A DNA stretch of 32,656 nt from Armatimonadota bacterium (GTDB taxonomy: Bacteria > Sysuimicrobiota > Sysuimicrobiia > Sysuimicrobiales > Kaftiobacteriaceae), in contig JACPRY010000012.1 in assembly GCA_016193565.1 (NCBI GenBank), positions 1 through 32,656 on the forward strand, written 5' to 3'. The notes beneath the pieces were generated by a model, which searched no databases, was not told the origin of the DNA, and saw nothing but the letters and a program-made list of their open reading frames with translations. Shown in pieces: positions 18,415 to 26,638 of this stretch. Made by a program: the position numbers and the translations under genes. Numbering within the stretch: the stretch's first letter is position 1; every line of letters begins with the position of its first letter.

Positions 18415-19473
18415 ATGGGGTCAAAGGCGAGGCTGTTCGGCATCGGCATGCTTTCTGGGATGCTGATGCTTCCGGCACACATCCCTCAGCCGTTGAGTCC
18501 TGGACCCTCCGCAACCCCCTTCCTCCAGGCCGTTCAGACCCAAGCTGCAGTTTCCCAGATCTTCACGACGCTCTTCCACCTCGCTCCGCCTCGGCCTGAG
18601 ACGGCCAGCGCGACGAGTCAGCCTGCGCCATCGCCCACCACCGTCGTCGTCAAGGAAGGGCAGTCGGTCTGGGACATCGCGAACGCCTACGGCGTGTCGG
18701 TGGACTCAATCATCGCCGCGAACGACCTCCGGAATGCGGACCTGATCAAGCCCGGACTGCGCCTCCTAATTCCGAGGGCCGGCGCCGCTCTTCCCGCCCA
18801 GAAGCCGGCCGTCCAGAAGCCCGCGGTCCAGAAGGCCCCGTCGAAGGCCGCATCCCCGTCGAAGACCCAGCCGGCACGGCAACCCCGCCCCGAGTGGATC
18901 GTCGTGCGGCAGGGGCAGACGCTCTCAGAGATTGCCGAAGAACACGGGACATCGGTCAGCGCGTTCGTGAGGGCGAACGGGCTGCGGAGTGCCGAGCTCA
19001 TTCGCGAGGGGCAGCGTCTGGCGATCCCAGGACGGCAAGCCGCCTCGAGACGTCTAACGATCGCCTCGCCGGTTCCGGTGTCCCGGACCCAGGCCGTGGT
19101 CGCGCGGGTGAGCGGGTTCCTGTGGCCGGCACGCGGTGTGCTGACCTCAAGGTTCGGCTGGCGGTGGCGGCAGCATCACGACGGGATTGACATCGCCGCT
19201 CCCCGAGGCGCCCCGATCCACGCCGCGAAGGCCGGGCGCGTCATCTTTGCCGGCTGGTATTACGGCTATGGGCGGGCCATCATCATCGACCACGGCGGCG
19301 GGCTCACGACCCTCTATGGACATGCATCGAAGCTGCTGGCCAGCAACGGTCAGGCGGTGCAGGCGGGCGAACTCATCGCCCGCGTCGGATGCACCGGCCA
19401 CTGCTCCGGCTCGCACCTCCACTTCGAGATCCGCGTTAACGGTAAGGCAGTCAATCCCCTGAAATACCTCTAG
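18415..19473 (+). CDS. LysM (x2) - M23 family metallopeptidase (murein DD-endopeptidase-like)
   Basis: Signal peptide, two LysM domains (VVKEGQSVWDIA...; VVRQGQTLSEIA...), PAVQK x3 linker, M23 motifs HxxxD...HLHFE. Start uncertain (ATG 18415 abuts the SD; ATG 18445 is an alternative). Confidence 0.8.
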   Translation: MGSKARLFGIGMLSGMLMLPAHIPQPLSPGPSATPFLQAVQTQAAVSQIFTTLFHLAPPRPETASATSQPAPSPTTVVVKEGQSVWDIANAYGVSVDSIIAANDLRNADLIKPGLRLLIPRAGAALPAQKPAVQKPAVQKAPSKAASPSKTQPARQPRPEWIVVRQGQTLSEIAEEHGTSVSAFVRANGLRSAELIREGQRLAIPGRQAASRRLTIASPVPVSRTQAVVARVSGFLWPARGVLTSRFGWRWRQHHDGIDIAAPRGAPIHAAKAGRVIFAGWYYGYGRAIIIDHGGGLTTLYGHASKLLASNGQAVQAGELIARVGCTGHCSGSHLHFEIRVNGKAVNPLKYL

Positions 19474-19478
19474 CTGAC

Positions 19479-19506
19479 GGGAACGGGGAACGGCGAACGG
19501 GGAACG
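19479..19506. repeat. tandem heptamer array (GGGAACG x4, one GCGAACG)
   Basis: Begins 6 nt after the M23 stop. Confidence 0.75.
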
Positions 19507-19538
19507 GTACAAGCCTACCCTGGCCGGAGTGACTGTGC

Positions 19539-19544
19539 TATAAT
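19539..19544 (+). promoter_or_regulatory. perfect TATAAT with extended -10 (TGc) for rpmE
   Basis: tgtgcTATAAT. GGAGGGAG SD and ATG follow 30 nt downstream. Confidence 0.55.
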
Positions 19545-19573
19545 TCCCGCGGTCATTTCCCGGAGGGAGTTCC

Positions 19574-19777
19574 ATGAAGAAGGGCATTCATCCCGAGTAC
19601 AAGCAGACGACCGTGACATGTGCCTGCGGCGAAACGTTTGTGACGGGCTCCACGAAACAGAATATCCGCGTCGAGATCTGCTCGAAATGCCATCCGTTTT
19701 ACACGGGGCAGAGAAAGTACATCGATGCCGAAGGGCGCGTGCAGCGGTTTGCCAAGAAGTATGGCCTCAAGGTCTAA
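19574..19777 (+). CDS. rpmE: 50S ribosomal protein L31 (type A, Zn-ribbon)
   Basis: MKKGIHPEY...CACG...[10 protein letters not shown], 67 aa. Confidence 0.95.
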   Translation: MKKGIHPEYKQTTVTCACGETFVTGSTKQNIRVEICSKCHPFYTGQRKYIDAEGRVQRFAKKYGLKV

Positions 19778-19800
19778 CCGGTCCGAGCGAACGTCGACGG

Positions 19801-19830
19801 GAAGGGGGAGGCGGGTCCGCCTCCCTCTTC
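19801..19830 (+). terminator. GC-rich inverted repeat GAAGGGGGAGGCGG / CCGCCTCCCTCTTC after rpmE
   Basis: 13-14 bp near-perfect stem. No U-tract, but intrinsic terminators without U-tracts are common at high GC. Confidence 0.45.
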
Positions 19831-19865
19831 GCTTAGAGAAGTGACTCGTCCGGTGGGGGATTTCG

Positions 19866-20483
19866 ATGAACGACCTTCAAGGTCGGATTGAGGTCATCGT
19901 CGGCAGTATGTTCAGCGGGAAAAGCGAAGAGCTCATTCGGCGCGTGCGCCGCGCCCAGATTGCTCGCCTGCGGGTTCAGGTATTCAAGCCGGCGATCGAC
20001 AGCCGGTCCGGCCGCCAGCAGATCGCCTCCCATAACGGCGCGCGCATTGAAGCCATTCCCATCGCCCACAGCCGGGAGCTCTCGGAACACCTTGACCCCG
20101 ACGCCACCGTGGTGGCGATCGATGAGGTGCAGTTTCTCGACGACGGCATCGTCGGGATCGCGCAGCACCTTGCCGATCGCGGGATTCGCGTGATCGCCGC
20201 TGGCCTCGACATGGATTTCCGCGGCGAGCCGTTTGGCCCGGTGCCGCAGCTGCTGGCGCAGGCAGAGGCGGTCGACAAACTCCAGGCGATCTGCATGGTT
20301 TGCGGCGTGCCGGCCAGCCGGACGCAGCGGATCATCAACGGCCAGCCCGCCCACTATACCGATCCCGTAATCTTCGTTGGCGCTCAAGAAGTGTATGAAG
20401 CACGATGTCGGGAGCATCACGTGGTTCCGGGAAAGCCATCGACCGGGAACTGGGAACGGGGAACGGGGAACCGTCAGAGATGA
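19866..20483 (+). CDS. tdk: thymidine kinase
   Basis: P-loop [11 protein letters not shown], Zn-ribbon CMVCG...CREHH. The last 20 codons are translated from the heptamer array. The stop overlaps the next ATG (ATGA). Confidence 0.9.
   Translation: MNDLQGRIEVIVGSMFSGKSEELIRRVRRAQIARLRVQVFKPAIDSRSGRQQIASHNGARIEAIPIAHSRELSEHLDPDATVVAIDEVQFLDDGIVGIAQHLADRGIRVIAAGLDMDFRGEPFGPVPQLLAQAEAVDKLQAICMVCGVPASRTQRIINGQPAHYTDPVIFVGAQEVYEARCREHHVVPGKPSTGNWERGTGNRQR
20445..20472. repeat. tandem heptamer array (GGGAACN x4) inside the tdk 3' end, with an inverted partner TTCCCGG at 20488-20494
   Basis: gggaact/gggaacg/gggaacg/gggaacc. Four G3+ tracts with 3-4 nt loops. Confidence 0.75.
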
Positions 20484-21385
20484 AATATTCCCGGCCAACA
20501 GAGCGCTTACTTATCGGGGGCCAAGCCGTCATCGAAGGGGTCATGATGCGCTCGCCCCGGTGGACGTCGACCGCCGTCCGGCGTCCGACCGGCGAGGTCG
20601 TGACCGCCACCGACCGCGTCGATTCGCTGCTGCTGCGCCATCGGTGGCTGCGGGCGCCGATTGTGCGCGGGGCGATCACGCTGTACGAAGCGCTGGTGAT
20701 CGGCGTGCGCGCGCTGCTGTTCTCGGCGCGCGAAGCGTTGGGGGAAGAGCAGGAACAGTCGCCGGCCGCCATCAGCGTCAGTGTCGCGCTCGGGCTCGCG
20801 CTGGCGATCGGCCTGTTCTTCGTCCTGCCCGCCGCCATGATCAGGCTGCTCGACCAGTATTTCGCCACGGTCTATACGTTGAACATCGCCGAGGGCGCGG
20901 TGCGGGTGTCGATTCTGATCGGCTACATCGCGTTGATCGGACGGCTCAATCACATTCGACGGGTGTTTGCGTATCACGGGGCCGAGCACAAGGCCGTCAA
21001 TGCCTATGAAGGAGGCGCGACGCTCGAGGTCGGGCACGTGCGCCGGTTCAGCCGGTTTCACCCGCGCTGCGGTACGAGCTTCCTGCTCATCGTGATGATC
21101 GTGGCGATCATCGTCTTCTCATTCCTGGGTCGGCCGGGATTGCTGCTACGCATCACAGAACGGGTGCTGCTTATTCCGTTTGTGGCCGGCATCAGTTATG
21201 AGATCATTCGCGCTGGGGCACGCTACCGCTGGTTCCGTCCCCTGGTCGTGCCGGGGATCTGGCTCCAGCGGTTGACCACCCGCGAACCGGATGACATGCA
21301 GCTGGGCGTGGCGATTCACGCCCTCCAAGAGGTCCTTGACCGCGAACGCAATCTGCGACAGGCTGGTGAGGAGGCGGCGGTATAA
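20480..21385 (+). CDS. DUF1385-family membrane protein (YqhQ-like; prfA-associated)
   Basis: [26 protein letters not shown]... [12 protein letters not shown] motif plus TM helices. Start taken at the internal ATG of track ORF 20405. Confidence 0.7.
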   Translation: MKYSRPTERLLIGGQAVIEGVMMRSPRWTSTAVRRPTGEVVTATDRVDSLLLRHRWLRAPIVRGAITLYEALVIGVRALLFSAREALGEEQEQSPAAISVSVALGLALAIGLFFVLPAAMIRLLDQYFATVYTLNIAEGAVRVSILIGYIALIGRLNHIRRVFAYHGAEHKAVNAYEGGATLEVGHVRRFSRFHPRCGTSFLLIVMIVAIIVFSFLGRPGLLLRITERVLLIPFVAGISYEIIRAGARYRWFRPLVVPGIWLQRLTTREPDDMQLGVAIHALQEVLDRERNLRQAGEEAAV

Positions 21386-21396
21386 TAAGCTCTGTC

Positions 21397-22479
21397 ATGA
21401 TCGACCGCGGTGTGATACTCGACAAGCTGGATGCACTCGAGACCCGCTACGAAGCGCTGATGCAAGCGCTGGCCGACCCGGCCATCTTCGCCCAGCCCGA
21501 CCGGTACCAGCAAGTGGCCAAAGAGCGCGCGGATCTCGAGGAGGCGGTTTCCACGTACCGCGAGTACCAGAGGGTCGTGCGCGAGCTCGAGGAGGCGGAG
21601 GCGCTGGCGCAGACCGAGCAGGACCCGGAGCTGCGCGAACTGGCGAAAACCGAGCAGGCGACGCTACGGCAGCGCCGGGATGATCTGGAACTGAGACTGA
21701 AGGATCTCCTGGTGCCGAAGGATCCCTATGCGAACCGCAACATTATCATGGAGATCCGCGCGGGTGCCGGCGGGGACGAAGCCGGGCTATTTGCCGGCGA
21801 CCTGTTCAGGATGTATTCGCGGTTTGCCGAGCGGAACCGGTGGAAGGTAGAGGTCCTCGAGAGCAGCGCCACCGCGCTCGGGGGGTTCAAGGAAATCATC
21901 TTCGGCATTCAAGGGAAGGGTGCATACAGCAGATTGAAGTACGAAAGCGGCGTGCACCGTGTCCAGCGAGTGCCGGAGACTGAGGCGTCGGGCCGCATTC
22001 ATACCTCAACGGCGACGCTCGCCGTCCTGCCGGAAGCCGAAGAGGTCGATCTCAAGATCCGCCCTGACGAGATCGAGATTGAAACCTACCGCGCAGGGGG
22101 TGCCGGAGGGCAGAACGTCAACAAGGTCGAAACGGCGGTGCGCATCCGTCATCTGCCGAGTGGACTCGTCGTGTCCTGTCAGGACGAGCGCTCCCAGCAC
22201 CAGAATCGCGAGAAGGCGATGCGGATCCTGCGGGCCAAACTGCTCGAGCGGGAACTCCAGCGGCAGCAGCAGGAGATCGCGCAGCAGCGGCGCCAGCAGG
22301 TCGGGAGCGGCGACCGCAGCGAGAAGATCCGGACGTACAACTTCCCGCAAAACCGCCTCACCGATCACCGCATCGGGCTATCACTCCACCGGCTGGACGC
22401 CATTCTCGACGGCGACCTCGACGAACTCACCACCGCCCTGGCCGCAGCCGAGGCGAGGGCGCTGGCGGCGGCCATCTGA
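21397..22479 (+). CDS. prfA: peptide chain release factor 1
   Basis: PxT/PET-type recognition region, GGQ motif ([18 protein letters not shown]), 360 aa. Confidence 0.95.
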   Translation: MIDRGVILDKLDALETRYEALMQALADPAIFAQPDRYQQVAKERADLEEAVSTYREYQRVVRELEEAEALAQTEQDPELRELAKTEQATLRQRRDDLELRLKDLLVPKDPYANRNIIMEIRAGAGGDEAGLFAGDLFRMYSRFAERNRWKVEVLESSATALGGFKEIIFGIQGKGAYSRLKYESGVHRVQRVPETEASGRIHTSTATLAVLPEAEEVDLKIRPDEIEIETYRAGGAGGQNVNKVETAVRIRHLPSGLVVSCQDERSQHQNREKAMRILRAKLLERELQRQQQEIAQQRRQQVGSGDRSEKIRTYNFPQNRLTDHRIGLSLHRLDAILDGDLDELTTALAAAEARALAAAI

Positions 22480-22481
22480 GA

Positions 22482-23426
22482 CCCAATCCCATCACGATAC
22501 GCGAAGCCTATCTGTACGGTTGTGAGCACCTCATCGCTTCGGGCGTACCGGAGCCGGCCATCGAGGCCGAGGTCCTGCTGAGGCACGTCCTGGGCTATGA
22601 TCGGGCGGCGCTGTATACTCGCTGGGACTCTCCGATTGATCCTCCCACGGCCGGGCGCTACCAGCGCCTTTTGGAGATCCGGAGCACGGGGCGGCCCGTT
22701 CCCTACATCATCGGTACGCGGGAGTTTATGAGCCTCCCGTTCGCAGTGGACGAACGGGTGATGATCCCGAGACCCGAAACAGAGATTCTGGTGGAATATC
22801 TGGTGAAGAAGTTCTCAACTACGGAAACGAGGAAACGAGGAAACGAGGGAACGAGTCAAGGCGACGAACGACCAACGACCAACGACGAACATCAGTTGGT
22901 GCTGGTTGATGTCGGGACGGGCAGCGGCTGCATCGCGGTGAGCCTCGCACACTACCTGCCGCAAGCCCGCGTCTATGCGACCGACATCTCGGCCGCGGCG
23001 CTCGAGATCGCCGCGCGAAACGCTCAGCATCACAACGTGGCAGATCGGGTGGTCCTGCTTGAGGGCGATCTCCTGTCCCCCCTTCCGCACCACCTGGACG
23101 GACAGGTGCAGGCCGTAGCCAGTAACCCGCCCTATGTCCCGGTATCACAGGCGCTGGACCTGGCGAGGGAAATTCGCGATTTCGAGCCTGCGGAAGCCGT
23201 GTTTTCGCCGGGCGAAGGAACGGTGATGCACGGCAGGCTGATCGAAGAAGCGCCTCGCTGGCTCTGCGCCGGAGGGATGCTCGCGATGGAGATCGCTGCG
23301 GGCCAGGCTGAGCCTGTGCGCAATCGAGTGGCTCAGGACAACCGGTATGATCGTGTTTGCTCCCTCTCTGATCTTGCTGGAATTGAGCGCGTGGTGGTCG
23401 CATGGCGACGACACGCGACAGGGTAG
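22482..23426 (+). CDS. prmC: release-factor glutamine N5-methyltransferase (PrmC/HemK); start codon uncertain
   Basis: The frame is open from immediately after the prfA stop and encodes the PrmC N-domain (...IREAYLYGCEHL...VLLRHVLGYDRAALY...), then VLVDVGTGSGCIAV and NPPY. There is no ATG/GTG/TTG before the track's internal TTG at 22671. Contains a 20-codon in-frame repeat insertion. Confidence 0.75.
   Translation, partial: PNPITIREAYLYGCEHLIASGVPEPAIEAEVLLRHVLGYDRAALYTRWDSPIDPPTAGRYQRLLEIRSTGRPVPYIIGTREFMSLPFAVDERVMIPRPETEILVEYLVKKFSTTETRKRGNEGTSQGDERPTTNDEHQLVLVDVGTGSGCIAVSLAHYLPQARVYATDISAAALEIAARNAQHHNVADRVVLLEGDLLSPLPHHLDGQVQAVASNPPYVPVSQALDLAREIRDFEPAEAVFSPGEGTVMHGRLIEEAPRWLCAGGMLAMEIAAGQAEPVRNRVAQDNRYDRVCSLSDLAGIERVVVAWRRHATG
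22823..22890. repeat. compound array inside prmC: (GGAAACGA)x4 + GTCAAGGC + (GACNAAC)x4
   Basis: Encodes TETRKRGNEGTSQGDERPTTNDEH between the PrmC N-domain and the methyltransferase GTG motif. Length keeps the reading frame. Confidence 0.75.
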
Positions 23427-23459
23427 GGAGCGGGCGTTGGTGGGCGGAATTAGTAGACG

Positions 23460-24140
23460 ATGTCCTACTACAACCTTACGTTCTCGAACCTGTCTTCACT
23501 CGAACAACGGCAGTTACCGATCGTGAGAGCCTCGGCATCAGACGTCCCGCGCCGCGCAATAGAGACGTTAACGCAGGGAGGTGTGGTCGTCTATCCCACG
23601 GACACGGTGTACGGCGTCGGCTGCCGGATCGACGACGACGCCGCTGTGCGGCGGGTGTTTGCGCTCAAGGGCCGCCCTCACACAGAGGCATTGCCGGTGC
23701 TGCTTGCCGACGTCGCGCAACTCGACCAATATGCTCGTGATGTCCCTCCTGCAGCGCGCCGTCTGGTCAGCCGCTTCTGGCCGGGCGCGCTGACCGTGGT
23801 CGTCCGGCGGTCCGAGCGCGTGCCATCACTTGTTGCGGGCGGCGGCCCGACGGTGGCGCTGCGCGTCCCCAACCATCCCGTGCCCCGCGCGCTGGTGCGG
23901 GCGGTGGGCGTGCCCATCGTGGGGACGAGTGCCAACACGCACGGGATGCCGTCGCCGGTCACGGCGCAGCTCGCGGTATATGATCTCGGTGACCGGGTCG
24001 ATCTTGTCCTCGACGGCGGGCGGGTTCCGGGAGGGCGCGAGTCGACCGTCGTTGACGTGACCTCGCAGTCGCCCAGGGTCGTGCGTCAGGGAGCTATTCT
24101 GGCGAAAGAGATTGAATCACTTTTCGGAGGCGGACGTTGA
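23460..24140 (+). CDS. tsaC: L-threonylcarbamoyladenylate synthase (TsaC/Sua5/YrdC family)
   Basis: YrdC fold motifs (VVVYPTDTVYGVGC, ALKGRP, SANTHG). A GTG start about 60 nt downstream (M-RASASDV...) is possible. Confidence 0.8.
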   Translation: MSYYNLTFSNLSSLEQRQLPIVRASASDVPRRAIETLTQGGVVVYPTDTVYGVGCRIDDDAAVRRVFALKGRPHTEALPVLLADVAQLDQYARDVPPAARRLVSRFWPGALTVVVRRSERVPSLVAGGGPTVALRVPNHPVPRALVRAVGVPIVGTSANTHGMPSPVTAQLAVYDLGDRVDLVLDGGRVPGGRESTVVDVTSQSPRVVRQGAILAKEIESLFGGGR

Positions 24141-24625
24141 AGATCGCCATTGCAAGCGACCACGCCGGGTACCAGCTCAAAGAAGATGTGAAGATGTGGC
24201 TTCGCGAACTGGGACACGAAGCTCGGGACTTTGGCACGCATTCGGAAGATCCGGTCGACTATCCCGACTTCGCCGTGCTGGCGGCGGAAGCGGTGAGTCG
24301 CGGAGAGTGTGACCGCGGTATCGTGCTCGGAGGGTCCGGCAACGGGGAGGCGATCGTCGCCAACAAGATCCCCGGGATCCGCTGCGCGCTGTGCCACGAC
24401 GTCACGACCGCGAGACTGGCCCGAGCTCACAACGACGCCAACATGCTGGCCCTTGGGCAGCGCATCGTCGGCACTGAAGTGGCCAGGGACATCGTGCGCT
24501 CGTGGCTGGAGACCCCCTTCGACAGTGGACGGCACCAGCAGCGGATCGAGAAGATATCGGCGATTGAGGCACGGCTCATTGAGAATGGGCGAAAGGCCGC
24601 GACAGGGGGTAGCGCGCGTGAGTAA
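24137..24625 (+). CDS. rpiB: ribose-5-phosphate isomerase B
   Basis: [16 protein letters not shown]... RpiB/LacAB family. TTG start overlapping the tsaC stop, GGAGG SD. Confidence 0.9.
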   Translation: MKIAIASDHAGYQLKEDVKMWLRELGHEARDFGTHSEDPVDYPDFAVLAAEAVSRGECDRGIVLGGSGNGEAIVANKIPGIRCALCHDVTTARLARAHNDANMLALGQRIVGTEVARDIVRSWLETPFDSGRHQQRIEKISAIEARLIENGRKAATGGSARE

Positions 24626-25253
24626 AGGCAAGGTGTTTGTCTTCGACCACCCGCTGATCCTGCACAAGGTCACGATCCTGCGAGACACGCGCACCGGGCA
24701 CAAAGAGTTCCGCGAACTGGTCGAGGAACTCGCGATGTTGATGGCTTTCGAGGTCACCCGGTCGCATCCGACACGCGAGGTCGAGGTCGAAACGCCGCTG
24801 GCCACGACGAAGGGGCGGAGCATCGCGGGGCAGGAGATCGCCGTCGTCCCGATCCTGCGCGCGGGGCTGGCGATGGAAAGCGGCATCACCCGTCTGATCC
24901 CGACGGCCCGTGTCGGGCACGTCGGCATCTACCGCGATCCAGAGAGCCTCGAACCCGTGACCTACTACTCCAAACTCCCCACCGACATCGCGGAACGCGA
25001 GGTGATGATCGTCGATCCCATGCTTGCAACCGGCGGCTCGATCGTGGCCTGCATCGACACGCTGAAACAGCGAGGCTGCAAGACGATCAAGGTCGTGGCG
25101 ATCATCTCGGCGCCCGAAGGGATCAAGAAGGTGCATGATGCACATCCGGACGTTGAGATCTACACTGCAGCTATCGATAGCCACCTCAACGACCACGGCT
25201 ACATTGTGCCGGGGCTCGGCGACGCGGGCGACAGACTATTTGGGACGAAATAG
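24618..25253 (+). CDS. upp: uracil phosphoribosyltransferase
   Basis: [18 protein letters not shown]..., PRPP-binding [14 protein letters not shown] start overlapping the rpiB 3' end, AGGGGG SD. Confidence 0.9.
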   Translation: MSKGKVFVFDHPLILHKVTILRDTRTGHKEFRELVEELAMLMAFEVTRSHPTREVEVETPLATTKGRSIAGQEIAVVPILRAGLAMESGITRLIPTARVGHVGIYRDPESLEPVTYYSKLPTDIAEREVMIVDPMLATGGSIVACIDTLKQRGCKTIKVVAIISAPEGIKKVHDAHPDVEIYTAAIDSHLNDHGYIVPGLGDAGDRLFGTK

Positions 25254-25293
25254 CCCAGTCGGGCTATAGACTCAACTGACCAGGACGAGTTCA

Positions 25294-25899
25294 ATGACGA
25301 TGGATGCACAATGGGACGAGATAAGTCTGGACGTCATGCGAGTCCTGGATGGTCAGAGCGGCGTTGGAGAGAGTCCAGAAAGCTACAATGGGCGATGCCG
25401 CTGCATATGGTGCGGCGAATACAAGCAGCAAGAGGAGTTCGTTCGGAGTCCGCGCTATGCGTCCGGATACTCTTCAAGATGCAAAGTGTGCCACGCGTCT
25501 TACATGCGACGCCGGCTGGCAGAGTTGAAGGCAGGTATCTGGAAGCCAACAGGAATGCGACGCGGTGTGCCAAATGCGACGCGCATTCCCACCGAGCCGG
25601 ACATTGCCTGGGTGGCCGGTTTCCTTGAAGGCGAAGGAAATTTCCGGCGCTCATATAGTTCACATGATCGCTACGGCACTGAGCAGGTGTCGGCCGGGCA
25701 GGTGAATCCAGAGCCACCGTACAAGCTTCAGGAGCTTTTTGGAGGTGCAATCTACAAAAAGAAGCGCAGCAAGTGGGGCATGAACGACATCCTCTACTGG
25801 CAGGTCACTGGCGAACGGGCGCGGGTGCTGATGAGGGCAGTAGAACCCCTGATGTCTGCGCGTCGACGCGAACAGATCAAAAAGGCGTCATCCCGATGA
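25294..25899 (+). CDS. LAGLIDADG-family homing-endonuclease-like protein with N-terminal 4-Cys Zn-ribbon
   Basis: Single LAGLIDADG-type motif IAWVAGFLEGEGNF followed by a HEG-like ...LQELFGGAIYKKKRSKW...ILYWQVTG... segment. N-terminus has CRCIWCG...CKVCH. Low GC3. Stop overlaps the next ATG (ATGA). Confidence 0.55.
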   Translation: MTMDAQWDEISLDVMRVLDGQSGVGESPESYNGRCRCIWCGEYKQQEEFVRSPRYASGYSSRCKVCHASYMRRRLAELKAGIWKPTGMRRGVPNATRIPTEPDIAWVAGFLEGEGNFRRSYSSHDRYGTEQVSAGQVNPEPPYKLQELFGGAIYKKKRSKWGMNDILYWQVTGERARVLMRAVEPLMSARRREQIKKASSR

Positions 25900-26357
25900 G
25901 CAAGCCATCCTGGGATGCGTATTTCATGCGGATGGCACACCTTGCCTCAACTCGCTCAACGTGCCTACGCCGCAAAGTCGGAGCGGTGATCGTCAAGGAT
26001 CGCATGGTTCTGACGACAGGGTACAATGACACACCGCGAGGTGTTCGCAACTGTGGAGAGGGCGGATGCGCTCGTTGTGGGGGGGATGCGCCCTCCGGAA
26101 CCAGCCATGACACCTGTCTGTGCATTCACGCTGAGATGAACTGTGTCATTCAAGCAGCCTACCATGGTGTTTCAGTAGCAGGCGGAACAGTGTACTGCAC
26201 GTATCTCCCGTGCTTGACGTGTGCGAAGATTCTTCTGAACGTCGGCATCAAGCGCATTGTTTTCGAAGGCCAGTATCCTGACCTGCTGTCATTGGAACTC
26301 CTCACGAATGCTGACGTGGAACTGGTCCGCTACGCGGAAGAGGGGGTCCCCGGCTAG
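25896..26357 (+). CDS. dCMP (deoxycytidylate) deaminase, ComEB-like
   Basis: CMP/dCMP deaminase zinc-binding motifs HAEMNC...PCLTCAK, 153 aa, low GC3 like the upstream ORF. Confidence 0.85.
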   Translation: MSKPSWDAYFMRMAHLASTRSTCLRRKVGAVIVKDRMVLTTGYNDTPRGVRNCGEGGCARCGGDAPSGTSHDTCLCIHAEMNCVIQAAYHGVSVAGGTVYCTYLPCLTCAKILLNVGIKRIVFEGQYPDLLSLELLTNADVELVRYAEEGVPG

Positions 26358-26364
26358 GCGTCGG

Positions 26365-26532
26365 GAGCCCTTCTGTCTGACCTACGCGAAGATGATTGTC
26401 AACGTGGGCATCCGGCGGATGATCTTCGCCGGCGACTACCCCGACCCGCTGGCGGTCGAGATGCTGTCGGATGCCGGTGTGACGATTGAACGACTCTCGC
26501 TGGAACCACTTGTTCCTGGGGAACCGAGGTAG
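26365..26532 (+). pseudogene. 3' remnant of a native (host-composition) dCMP deaminase gene
   Basis: Encodes REPFCLTYAKMIVNVGIRRMIFAGDYPDPLAVEMLSDAGVTIERL..., homologous to the C-terminus of the intact gene (PCLTCAKILLNVGIKRIVFEGQYPDLLSLELLTNADVELVRY) but with high GC3 and no 5' part. Confidence 0.6.
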
Positions 26533-26540
26533 CATTCGCG

Positions 26541-26572
26541 CGTTCCCCCGTTCCCGCGTTCCTTCGTTCCCG
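26541..26572. repeat. tandem octamer array (CGTTCCCN x4)
   Basis: cgttcccc/cgttcccg/cgttcctt/cgttcccg. Begins 9 nt after the remnant's stop. Confidence 0.75.
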
Positions 26573-26581
26573 CTGTTGTGT

Positions 26582-26587
26582 TATAAT
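26582..26587 (+). promoter_or_regulatory. perfect TATAAT -10 hexamer for rplY
   Basis: 9 nt after the array, 51 nt before the rplY ATG. Confidence 0.5.
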
Positions 26588-26600
26588 CGGCGTCGGTCTT

Positions 26601-26624
26601 GGCCCTGGCGCGTGGGCCTTTTTT
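26601..26624 (+). promoter_or_regulatory. terminator-like hairpin GGCCC-tggcgcgt-GGGCC + TTTTTT in the rplY leader (candidate attenuator)
   Basis: GC stem plus T6, located between the TATAAT and the rplY start codon (14 nt before the ATG). Confidence 0.4.
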
Positions 26625-26638
26625 CGTGGGGGGTTGAG

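Larger units (their letters stand above)
25254..26376 (+). mobile_element. low-GC two-gene insert (homing-endonuclease-like ORF + dCMP deaminase) displacing the native dCMP deaminase
   Basis: Third-codon positions are markedly AT-richer than in flanking genes. The insert is bounded on the right by a host-like remnant of the same gene family. Confidence 0.55.

Noticed and set aside
24309-24617. Upstream extension of upp (track ORF 24309..25253)
   Set aside because: Overlaps rpiB in another frame. The conserved Upp N-terminus starts at the GTG at 24618, which has an AGGGGG SD.
25294-25899. Calling the Zn-ribbon/LAGLIDADG ORF an HNH or GIY-YIG nuclease or a transposase
   Set aside because: No HNH (HH...N...H) or GIY-YIG motifs. 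The recognisable motif is LAGLIDADG-like, and the fold assignment still needs a profile search.
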